A DNA stretch of 32,000 nucleotides, taken from NCBI GenBank assembly GCA_964480775.1, contig CAYZRF010000001.1:113462-145461 (forward strand), given 5' to 3'. The translations under genes were made by a program, and so were the position numbers. Source of the DNA: an uncultured Nitrososphaerota archaeon (lineage in GTDB: Archaea; Korarchaeota; Korarchaeia; Korarchaeales; Korarchaeaceae). Under the pieces are notes generated by a model, which was not told the origin of the DNA, did no database searches, and saw nothing but the letters and a program-made list of their open reading frames with translations. Shown piece after piece: positions 8,955 to 17,081 of this stretch (positions are counted from its first letter, which is position 1; each line of letters starts with the position of its first letter).

Positions 8955-10184
8955 ATGAACCTAAAGAAGAGACTATCGCCCCTAGCCAAGTTGCTGAAAA
9001 ACAAAAACTTAGCACTAGTAGTGGTTTCATGGATCCTTTTTGCCTCCGCAGGACCTCTTTTCTGGCAGTTTGAATCGGATTACGCAAAGAGACTGGGAGC
9101 CTCTCCTGAAATAATTGGCATGATGAATTCTGTCTTCACCCTAATCAACATGTTAGTTCAAATTCCTGGTGGTTATCTAGCTGATAAAAAAGGGAGAAAA
9201 AAGCTCGTTGCATGGGGAACCTTTCTTGTTGGTTTTCCAAACCTAATCAGGGCTATGGCAGGGAGCTGGAGAAGCTATTTTTTGGCCACAGCCGTGTCAG
9301 TTCTAGTGGGTAATATTTACAATCCAGCACTCGTGGCAATATATCAAGATTCTCTTCCGCCAGACTCAAGAGCGTTTGGCTGGTCCCTAATAAACGGCAT
9401 ATCTTGGGCAATCCCAAGCACCATAAGCTCGTTGCTCGGAGGATATCTATACGAAAAATACGGATTGCTTGGTTTAAGGGCTGCTTTGGTGGCAAATGCT
9501 GCCGTTTGTTTCATAAACGGCATTTTAAGGTTTAACATGACTGAAACCTTAGAAAGAAGATCAGAATCTTCTCAGCAGACATCCCTTTTAGGCACAATTT
9601 CAAGTTTGAAAAGAGTCTTTTCATGGGCTTATGGTTCAGTGAAAGTTCTCTTAACCTTAGAAATCCTTTTTGGTGTAATTATGGGGATATCAGGTGCTTT
9701 CAGGCTTTTGTACGCTCTATATGTGATTGGAATAAGTAGAACTCAGTGGGGGATAATAGGAGCCGTCTATAATATGTTGTATTTTCCGCTTAGTCTGTAT
9801 ACGGGGAAGATATCTGATAAAGAGGGAAGAGTAAGACAAATGAGGTTAACGCCCATCATATGGGCGATTTCAAATCTGATATTTTTGACGGCCAAGAACT
9901 TTCAAGCAGTACTATTTTCTTGGATCTTAAGCGTGGTTGGCGATGCTTTTTGGAGACCTGGTTTCTCAGCAATTTGGATAGATGTTATTCCAAGGAAGAG
10001 AAGGGCTAGGATATTTTCAATTAGAACTCTTGCTGGTGGAATAGCTTCGACTATAGCTTATACCATAAGTGGCTTCTTATATGCAAAGAATGAAATGTAT
10101 CCTTTTATTGTGGTTATTTTAGTTGAGCTATTAATGATACCTCTCTTATTATACCTAAAAGAGCCCGAGATAAAAGAAATCTAG
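8955..10184 (+). CDS. MFS transporter
   Basis: Multi-TM protein with MFS motif A, GGYLADKKGRKKL, between TM2 and TM3. The ORF track starts at TTG 8856, but the first 33 residues are hydrophilic and non-MFS-like, so I prefer ATG 8955 (MNLKKRLSPL...). Confidence 0.8.
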   Translation: MNLKKRLSPLAKLLKNKNLALVVVSWILFASAGPLFWQFESDYAKRLGASPEIIGMMNSVFTLINMLVQIPGGYLADKKGRKKLVAWGTFLVGFPNLIRAMAGSWRSYFLATAVSVLVGNIYNPALVAIYQDSLPPDSRAFGWSLINGISWAIPSTISSLLGGYLYEKYGLLGLRAALVANAAVCFINGILRFNMTETLERRSESSQQTSLLGTISSLKRVFSWAYGSVKVLLTLEILFGVIMGISGAFRLLYALYVIGISRTQWGIIGAVYNMLYFPLSLYTGKISDKEGRVRQMRLTPIIWAISNLIFLTAKNFQAVLFSWILSVVGDAFWRPGFSAIWIDVIPRKRRARIFSIRTLAGGIASTIAYTISGFLYAKNEMYPFIVVILVELLMIPLLLYLKEPEIKEI

Positions 10185-10945
10185 GGCGTGCCCCATATAA
10201 GGTCGCACTTTTGGGCTACCTTTTGGAGAATCTCCGACGGTATTGAGAAAAGCTGTAAGGGATCCTTTACATATATGTAAATGAGATAACGCTTTGACAG
10301 CCTATCTAGACTTGCCATGGCGTACTCTGGTTTTTTAGGAAGCCTTTTTTCATACTCTGAGAATACTTCCTCGAGGATCTTCTCAATTTTCTCCGTCTGA
10401 AAATCCCTAGGAAATTCTATAGGCAGCACGTAGCATGTTAAATCCTTGCTTTTTCTCTTAAAGTTGGTTATTCTCAGGCCCATGACATCCTGATTGCTGA
10501 TCAACACATGATTGAGGCTGGGAGTAAGGATCTTTGTGTAATTAATGGACACCTCTTCAACTATCCCCTCTACGCCGTCCATTCTTACATAATCCCCGAC
10601 ATTGAAAGGACGTGAGATAAGGACGTAGAGTCCAGCAATGAAGTTTCCTATGCTCTTTGTGGACGCAAACCCGATGGCAGTTCCAGCTAATGCTGAGAAT
10701 CCAACAAACCAATCACTTGGAAGCCCACTAAGTTCAAATAAAGCAGCAACCCCGCCAAGTACGATTACAAATCTGCTAAGGGTTACCAGAGCATTTTCAG
10801 CGGTCGGAGAGAGTTCAACTCTGCTTGCGTACTTCTTCAAGTACTTAGTGGTTAACCTCTCTAACACCGTTGTGGCGACTAGGATTATGATGACCTTTAG
10901 CGCAATTGTCAAGTAATTGGGAAGCTCTTCAACTAATTCTGACAT
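10181..10945 (-). CDS. small-conductance mechanosensitive channel (MscS family)
   Basis: TM segments are followed by the MscS core GNFIAGLYVLISRPFNVGDYVRMDGVEGIVEEVSINYTKI. I prefer ATG at 10945 (MSELVEEL...); the track's start at 10978 is a TTG. The stop overlaps the MFS stop within a palindromic CTAG. Confidence 0.8.
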   Translation of the reverse strand: MSELVEELPNYLTIALKVIIILVATTVLERLTTKYLKKYASRVELSPTAENALVTLSRFVIVLGGVAALFELSGLPSDWFVGFSALAGTAIGFASTKSIGNFIAGLYVLISRPFNVGDYVRMDGVEGIVEEVSINYTKILTPSLNHVLISNQDVMGLRITNFKRKSKDLTCYVLPIEFPRDFQTEKIEKILEEVFSEYEKRLPKKPEYAMASLDRLSKRYLIYIYVKDPLQLFSIPSEILQKVAQKCDLIWGTP

Positions 10946-11004
10946 AAAACTCACCAAATTGAGGTACTTGAATACCAAATTCCCTCCTTAAAAGGAAGGA
11001 GTTT

Positions 11005-11256
11005 TTAAGATTTTTTGTCTTCAGATAGCGCCTTCTTAAGCGCATTGCTTATGTCTTCAAAAAGAGAGGGCTTTAAAGTACCAACGAGAAGAATAAGCAT
11101 TCCTATTACAAATATTGCATCGCTAAGAAATGCTTTGTCAAATTCTTCCTTTTCTATTTTTCTTATAAGCCTTCTAAGGGCTTCTGCAAGTAGTATTATT
11201 TGAATCGTAGCAAATATGCCTTTTTTAGCATCTATCTTAGACCAATCTTCTTCCAT
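11005..11256 (-). CDS. hypothetical small membrane protein
   Basis: 83-aa ORF with two hydrophobic helices, lying between glnA and the MscS gene on the same strand. Confidence 0.4.
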   Translation of the reverse strand: MEEDWSKIDAKKGIFATIQIILLAEALRRLIRKIEKEEFDKAFLSDAIFVIGMLILLVGTLKPSLFEDISNALKKALSEDKKS

Positions 11257-11305
11257 TGATCTTTATGCAACAGACACACAATAAAAAAGTAAAGCTTCTT
11301 GGGGC

Positions 11306-12655
11306 CTACACCCTAAGGAGATACCTCTTAAGTTCCCAATTTGTGATGGCTCTTGAAAATTCATCCCATTCCTTTTGAAGCTCATCCAGGTAGGCATTAA
11401 AGATCTCTTCTCCAATAAACTTCATTAAGACATAGTCATTTTTAGCTTCATCTATGGCTTCCATCAAGTTATGAGGTAACGTTTCAAACTGATCAGGCGT
11501 CATGTAGGCATTCCAATCGGTTGGATCCCCAAGGTCAAGATTTCTCTCTATACCGTCCATTCCAGCCGCAAGCACAGCAGTAAAGGCCAGATATGGATTA
11601 CAAGTAGGATCAGGCGCCCTAAACTCTATTCTACATCCATTGTTTTTAGAAGCTGGCACCCTGATTAGAGCAGACCGATTTCTATATCCCCAGCAGATGT
11701 AAACAGGAGCTTCATATCCAGGAACCAATCTCTTGTAAGAGTTGACTGTGGGAGCTACAAAGGCAGATAGAGCTTTTGCATGGTCTAATATACCCGCAAT
11801 AAAATGTTCTGCTGTCCTAGAGATTGAACCCTCTTTAGAGTCCCAAAACAGATTGTCCCCCTTTAGGTTTGATAAACTAATGTGAAGATGCATTCCAGAA
11901 CCATTTATTCCATTGAATGGCTTCGGCATGAAGGTGACTTGCAAACCAAACTCCAAAGCTACATTTTTCAGAATTTCTTTGTAGACTAGGATAGAATCAG
12001 CTGTCTTGAGGGCGTCGGAAAATTCAAAATCTATCTCATGTTGCCCTGGTGCAACCTCGTGATGTATGGCCTCAGGTCTTATTCCTGCCTCAGACAAAGC
12101 CCTTGCAAACTCGATATTTATTTTCACAGCTCTATCTTCGACTAAATCAAAGTAACTTCCGTCATCATACTTCTCCTCTGCTCTGAGAAGAAAAAATTCG
12201 ACCTCTGCACCTATGTTGAAGGTTAATCCCTGTTTTCCAAGCTTATCTAGAGATATTCTCAGTAATTCTCGTGAATCTCTCTCAAAAACTTCTCCATTGG
12301 GCTTTAAAATTACGCAAAAGAAGTTTCCAACCACTACTCCATGATGCTTTGATATAAAGAAACTATTAAGATCAGGTTTTAGAAACAGATCAGACTCTTC
12401 TATTCCAATAAATTTCAATGAGGACCCATCGAAACCTATTCCCTCTTCTAATGCTTTTTCAAAAAGGTCTGATGGAATAAAGAGGCCTTTAGGTCTGCCA
12501 ACAATATCAATGGTTCTGAGCAACAAGAACTTGATGTGTTGTTCCTCAATTTCTCTCTTTATCATTTCAACACCCTTTGATTCCTGAATTATCATTAGTT
12601 TCTCCCATAGAATTCTAATGAATACCAAACAAAAATTTCTTTGAAAAGAAGACAT
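11306..12655 (-). CDS. glnA: glutamine synthetase (type I)
   Basis: Shows the beta-grasp N-domain (IKFLLLRTIDIVGRPKG) and catalytic-domain motifs (HHEVAPGQHEIDF, NGSGMHLHISL, YEAP, NRSALIRVP). The true start may be an internal Met at 12595 or 12565, because the first 20-30 residues (MSSFQRNFCLVFIRILWEKL) look like a non-GS extension. Confidence 0.9.
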   Translation of the reverse strand: MSSFQRNFCLVFIRILWEKLMIIQESKGVEMIKREIEEQHIKFLLLRTIDIVGRPKGLFIPSDLFEKALEEGIGFDGSSLKFIGIEESDLFLKPDLNSFFISKHHGVVVGNFFCVILKPNGEVFERDSRELLRISLDKLGKQGLTFNIGAEVEFFLLRAEEKYDDGSYFDLVEDRAVKINIEFARALSEAGIRPEAIHHEVAPGQHEIDFEFSDALKTADSILVYKEILKNVALEFGLQVTFMPKPFNGINGSGMHLHISLSNLKGDNLFWDSKEGSISRTAEHFIAGILDHAKALSAFVAPTVNSYKRLVPGYEAPVYICWGYRNRSALIRVPASKNNGCRIEFRAPDPTCNPYLAFTAVLAAGMDGIERNLDLGDPTDWNAYMTPDQFETLPHNLMEAIDEAKNDYVLMKFIGEEIFNAYLDELQKEWDEFSRAITNWELKRYLLRV

Positions 12656-12758
12656 TACCGTTTTCTACCACAACGAAATTTGGATAACATAGAGACGAAA
12701 ACTATTATAATTTATTTTGTAACATTCAAAAAACAATAATAATACTCTTAAAGGGTCT

Positions 12759-13709
12759 GTGCATATGAGCTACTTTGTTGAGAGAACCAAAGAAGGGCAG
12801 AATGCATATAAAAGCTTCCTAATAGAAGATCCCAAGAAAATCACAATACTTGGAAATAAAATAGCCCTTAAAATTCTCGAAGAACTCGGAAAGAAGCCAG
12901 GATGTCCTATGGACATAGCAAGAAACCTAAAAGAACTTGATGTTAGTGAACAGACAATTTATTACCACATTAAGAAGCTAGAAGCTGCTGGCTTAGTGCG
13001 TGTAGTTGCTACAGAGCAAAGATCTGGAGCAGTAGCAAAGATATATGAGCCAGCAGCTAGTGTGATATCAATTAAGCTATTTCCTTCTAAACCAATTAGG
13101 GATCTAAAGATTAGATCTGCTGAGATAGACTTCTTATGGCCTTTCATCAATGAAGGCTTTTTCGACTCTCTAATTATTTTAGGAAGCCCAGATCCTCACG
13201 GAAAGTATAGATCTAGAGCTTCTGATGGTTTTTGTGCTATAAACCTCGCTATGTTCTTTGGACAATTCACAAGAGATTACAAGATTCCTTTTTACAAGCT
13301 AGATACGCAGGTTAGGGAAGTTGATCTTGAGAAAAACCTAGTGATTGTCGGAGGACCAAAAGCCAACATAGTAAGTGCAAAAATAAACGAACACTTACCA
13401 ATATTCTTTGATTATTCGGAAGAGCTTAGAGAGTGGAGTATCGTTTCCTCCTTATCGAAGAAAATCTATAGAGAAAAGCAAGTCGGCCTTATAGCAAGGA
13501 TAGATAGTCCATTTAAAGAAGGTAAGGAGATCCTATTATTTGCTGGAATGGGGTTCAGAGGTACGCGAGCAGCAGTGCTAGGCTTCATTAGGCATCTTGA
13601 CCAGATTCAGGGAGGAAACTCCTTTAACCCTAAAGTTATAGCAAAAGTGGTTAGGGGCGTAGACATAGATGCAGATGGAATAATCGATGATGTAGAATTT
13701 CTTGAATAG
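12759..13709 (+). CDS. ArsR-type winged-helix transcription regulator fused to a ~220-aa C-terminal domain of unknown function
   Basis: The N-terminus ILGNKIALKILEELGKKPGCPMDIARNLKELDVSEQTIYYHIKKLEAAGLVRV is an ArsR/HTH_20-like wHTH. I do not recognise the rest (..LIILGSPDPHGKY.. LVIVGGPKANIV.. LLFAGMGFRGTRAA..). The start is GTG 12759 or ATG 12765. Confidence 0.6.
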   Translation: MHMSYFVERTKEGQNAYKSFLIEDPKKITILGNKIALKILEELGKKPGCPMDIARNLKELDVSEQTIYYHIKKLEAAGLVRVVATEQRSGAVAKIYEPAASVISIKLFPSKPIRDLKIRSAEIDFLWPFINEGFFDSLIILGSPDPHGKYRSRASDGFCAINLAMFFGQFTRDYKIPFYKLDTQVREVDLEKNLVIVGGPKANIVSAKINEHLPIFFDYSEELREWSIVSSLSKKIYREKQVGLIARIDSPFKEGKEILLFAGMGFRGTRAAVLGFIRHLDQIQGGNSFNPKVIAKVVRGVDIDADGIIDDVEFLE

Positions 13710-13731
13710 TCTATGTGACAGACAAAAAGGA

Positions 13732-14565
13732 TTATGGCATCAGAACGGCTTTAAATAACTCTACGGATCTACTTGATGAGGTACAACAGACTCCGGCCAT
13801 CTTTTCTATCAAGATCTGAGAGAAATAATTTACTGCAAGCCTTTGAAATTCAGCAGGATCAAAACCTAAGTGAATATCACACATTTCATCTTTGAACTCC
13901 TTAAACTCGTGTTTACAAAGATCGACTATAATAACTCGCCCATTTGGCTTTATACTCTCTCTCAGGCTTGATAGGGCCTTTTTTACATCCTTGACATGAT
14001 GTAAGGTGAGTATTGAGATGATTACATCGAATTTATCTGGCAAAGCAAAAAACCTTGAGGAATATAAGACGCTTTCTCTTATTTTCTCCACAATTCCAAC
14101 GATTGGAACTATATCTTTCCTTTTAGACGTCAATACCTTGAGCATGTCAGGAGTCAGATCCATCGCAAAGAAACTTGCGTTTGGCATACTTGACTTGATC
14201 CTATCAGTCATTTTTGCCGTTAAAAGACCAGTTCCTGCCCCGACATCAAGTATATCTATTAGATCTGTGCCAGAATAAAGGCTAATGGATTCAAGCACGG
14301 AATCAACTATCTTCTCTATACCTTCATGTCCGAGATACTCTAACAAAATAGCATCTCTCTTTCCTGCTTCCCTTACTGAAAAATGCCGAACCTGATTTAG
14401 ATAGTTATCTATATTGTTTATTTTAAGTTCTGATAGCAGGTCTTTTAAATCAAAAGACTCCAGGTACGATTGCACGTAGCTGTACATCCTGAAAAGTTGC
14501 ACATGATCTTTAAAAGACTCCTTTAGCAAAAATGCAAGGTCTCTTTTTAATTTTCCAGATGACAT
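13732..14565 (-). CDS. class I SAM-dependent methyltransferase
   Basis: SAM-binding motif I ILDVGAGTGLLT, an acidic post-I residue (FAMDLTPDM), and FDVIISILTLHHV..ALSSLRESIKPNGRVIIVD (Methyltransf_11/25-like). Confidence 0.8.
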   Translation of the reverse strand: MSSGKLKRDLAFLLKESFKDHVQLFRMYSYVQSYLESFDLKDLLSELKINNIDNYLNQVRHFSVREAGKRDAILLEYLGHEGIEKIVDSVLESISLYSGTDLIDILDVGAGTGLLTAKMTDRIKSSMPNASFFAMDLTPDMLKVLTSKRKDIVPIVGIVEKIRESVLYSSRFFALPDKFDVIISILTLHHVKDVKKALSSLRESIKPNGRVIIVDLCKHEFKEFKDEMCDIHLGFDPAEFQRLAVNYFSQILIEKMAGVCCTSSSRSVELFKAVLMP

Positions 14566-14573
14566 TTTCTTAG

Positions 14574-15383
14574 ATGAGAATCTTCCTAGAAAGAGAACTC
14601 GAAGAATATAAGAGGAATCTGAAAAGAGGCATTAAAATCGTAATAGAAGGAAAAACTCCTGCTGATGAAAATCTCATTAATGAGGCTGCAACAGAAGCAT
14701 CCCTTATCTTGGCTGAAAAGGGCATCAAAGTACCTGATCTGAGTGAAATTGTTAGAATAGGGAGAAAAAGGCTTTCCAATAAGGCAATTAGTTTGGGAAT
14801 AGAAGTAATAAACAACGCTATAAAGGATGTGATTGGAGCACCTGGTGTCGTAGGAACTGCTGCCGTAGCGTTATTAATCGCAAAGGCAGGAACTAATACT
14901 AAGACATCTAAACTCAGAAAGATGTTAGATCTAATAAGAAAAATCGAAGGCACGATTTCATCAGAAGAACTTATCGAATATCTTGTCTCTACTGGATTTG
15001 AAATATCTAGAGAGCTAAGCGAGGTGAAGTACTTTAGAAAGATAGAGGATTTACTAAGAGAAAAGGGATTGGAAGATAAAATGAAAGAAATACTCCCTCC
15101 AATATACGAACCCTTCGGAAAAATTGTAGGAGGAGGTAGATTAACTGGAAAGTTTGTAGTTGGAGAGATAGTTGCTTTTGGAGGAGCTATTGGGCTTAGT
15201 GAGTTGTTAGAAATGATTGAAGAATGGTCAGAGGGAAAGAGACTTCTTACTCTTATAAAGAGCTTAGAACTAACCGCTCCTCCAATAATTTACGTTTTAG
15301 GAGAAATAGAGGAGGCTGGAGATAGAACAGCCCTATCTATACCCTTTGCTTCTGCCTATTCGGTGTACTTGCAAGAGAAATAA
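14574..15383 (+). CDS. hypothetical protein (two Gly/Ala-rich hydrophobic segments)
   Basis: 269-aa ORF with no family recognised. Its ATG lies only 8 nt from the divergent methyltransferase ATG. Confidence 0.5.
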   Translation: MRIFLERELEEYKRNLKRGIKIVIEGKTPADENLINEAATEASLILAEKGIKVPDLSEIVRIGRKRLSNKAISLGIEVINNAIKDVIGAPGVVGTAAVALLIAKAGTNTKTSKLRKMLDLIRKIEGTISSEELIEYLVSTGFEISRELSEVKYFRKIEDLLREKGLEDKMKEILPPIYEPFGKIVGGGRLTGKFVVGEIVAFGGAIGLSELLEMIEEWSEGKRLLTLIKSLELTAPPIIYVLGEIEEAGDRTALSIPFASAYSVYLQEK

Positions 15384-15479
15384 CCTTAACATGTCTCTCC
15401 GTATGATTAATGAAGTCTTGGGCTTCTTCTCACCAAGGAAGGCAGTTATTTATTAATCAAACCGTGGGTTGGGTTAAAG

Positions 15480-16262
15480 ATGCAGATAGATTTAATCCTT
15501 CCAACTGTCTCTCTAATATTCCTTAACGTAGTACTTTGGACTTATCCGCACGTAGAACATAGAATGAAGCGATTCATGGAAGCTGGAGAGTTTTCGGTGA
15601 AAGATGCTTTAGGTTTGGCCCTTGTCATGGCAATTGCTGTCGCAATCTTAGCAATATCCCCAAGCGCCCTCCTTTTAGTTCTTTCTATGGTAGGAATAGG
15701 TTTTGTGCTCAATCTCACTTCACTAATTGTCACTGGAAACCGTTGGCTATCAATAATTTTGCCAAGCATCTTTTACTTGTGCTTCTTCTTTTTCTGGAAT
15801 ATAAAGCTCTTGAACTTATTTGCAATAATACTGGCGTTTGGAACTTCATTGATTTTGGCAAGCACTTTCTCTTGGAGGTCTTCTTTGGCTTTTGTTGCTA
15901 TTCTTACATTAATTGATGTCATTCATGTTTTCGGTACAAAGATGATGGTAGAAGTCGGTCAAAAAGGAATCCAGCTTGGATTACCGATTATGCTTTTGTT
16001 GCCGACCTATCCCGCGAAGGGGTATTTGGGATTTGGTTTAGGTGACTTATTTGTGGCTTCTTTAATTACAGTTAGGAACTGGGAAAGATTTGGAGGAAGA
16101 GCTGGATTATTAACCTCAATTCACATCGCTCTATTCTTAGGGTTGATGATTCCAATCGTTGAAAGATTTGGGGCTTTGCCAGCTACCGTCTTTATCTCTG
16201 CTGGTTGGGTTACATCATATCTCCAGATGAGAATATTAAGCGACAAGAGCAAGAATTCATAG
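15480..16262 (+). CDS. signal-peptide-peptidase / presenilin-like GxGD intramembrane aspartyl protease (peptidase A22-like)
   Basis: Polytopic membrane protein. LTLIDVIHVFGTKMMVEVGQK parallels the eukaryotic SPP motif (YDVFWVFGTNVMVTVAK as I recall it). It is followed by FGLGDLFVAS (GxGD) and a C-terminal ALPATVF at the PAL-motif position. Confidence 0.7.
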   Translation: MQIDLILPTVSLIFLNVVLWTYPHVEHRMKRFMEAGEFSVKDALGLALVMAIAVAILAISPSALLLVLSMVGIGFVLNLTSLIVTGNRWLSIILPSIFYLCFFFFWNIKLLNLFAIILAFGTSLILASTFSWRSSLAFVAILTLIDVIHVFGTKMMVEVGQKGIQLGLPIMLLLPTYPAKGYLGFGLGDLFVASLITVRNWERFGGRAGLLTSIHIALFLGLMIPIVERFGALPATVFISAGWVTSYLQMRILSDKSKNS

Positions 16263-16373
16263 ATTATCCCCCATCTGGCTCATAAGTGCTATTTTTGGAG
16301 TAGTTCTCATATTCTCTTTAAACGTCAATTATTTATCATTCTAGATCTGAAAGAAGAGCTGGTGCAGAGATAA

Positions 16374-17000
16374 TTGAAGGCACTCGTTACTGGATTCGAA
16401 AAGTGGGGTGAGGAACCTGGAAATCCAACTGAACGTCTTGTAAACATACTAGATGGAAAGAAAGTAGGTGACATAGAGATTCACGGATTTCTACTTCCAG
16501 TTGCCTTTAATAGGGCAAGAAAAGAAATAATATCAAAGATCGAGGAGATAAGACCTGATATAATAATTAATACGGGCCTAGCTGCGAGTAGACTTGTCAT
16601 ATCAGTAGAGCGGGTAGCTGTAAACATAGTTGATGCTAGACGCCCAGATAACGACGGTATAAGACCCATAGATGAGCCCATAGATCCTGAAGGTCCCTTT
16701 GCTTACCCCTCAACCTTACCTACGAGAAGGATCCTTGAACGCTTAAAGTCAAACGGGATCCCAGCGAAGCTATCTTACTCTGCAGGAACGTATCTATGCA
16801 ATTTCGTTATGTATCTGTCCTTGAGAACCATAGATAAGCTCGGAATTCGGTCTCTATCCGGTTTTATTCACGTTCCACATTCACCAGATTTAGCCGCAAA
16901 AAAGGATAAACCTACACCAAGCATGTCTATAGATTTGATGGAAAGAGCCATTAAGATAGCCCTAGAGGAGAGCGCCGCTAGTCTTTCTCATGTTGCCTAA
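16374..17000 (+). CDS. pcp: pyrrolidone-carboxylate (pyroglutamyl) peptidase I
   Basis: MKALVTGFEKWGEEPGNPTE..., IERVAVNIVDARRPDNDG, SAGTYLCNFVMYLSL (catalytic Cys) and GFIHVPH (catalytic His) align with Pyrococcus/Thermococcus Pcp as I recall them. The start codon is TTG. Confidence 0.9.
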   Translation: MKALVTGFEKWGEEPGNPTERLVNILDGKKVGDIEIHGFLLPVAFNRARKEIISKIEEIRPDIIINTGLAASRLVISVERVAVNIVDARRPDNDGIRPIDEPIDPEGPFAYPSTLPTRRILERLKSNGIPAKLSYSAGTYLCNFVMYLSLRTIDKLGIRSLSGFIHVPHSPDLAAKKDKPTPSMSIDLMERAIKIALEESAASLSHVA

Positions 17001-17081
17001 AACCAAATGCTAAATAGTAGAAAGAAGTGGAGGTAATGTACTCTCTCTATAAATATGGGCAAAGTTCCATCTATGCGATAA

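Noticed and set aside
10181-10184. Convergent genes sharing palindromic stop tetranucleotides: CTAG for MFS/MscS at 10181-10184 and TTAA for HAD/Lhr at 24663-24666.
   Set aside because: It is real in the sequence but a common by-product of genome compaction. It implies overlapping 3' ends without indicating a specific system.
12565-12655. 20-30 residue N-terminal extension of glutamine synthetase (MSSFQRNFCLVFIRILWEKL...), considered as a possible signal or regulatory peptide.
   Set aside because: It is more simply explained by over-extension of the ORF to the first upstream ATG. Internal Met codons at 12595 and 12565 give a canonical GS N-terminus.
14006-14953. ORFs 14006-14278 (+) and 14570-14953 (-), opposite the methyltransferase and the 269-aa gene.
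   Set aside because: They are antisense to better-supported ORFs, hydrophobic and low-complexity, and carry no start-site signals.
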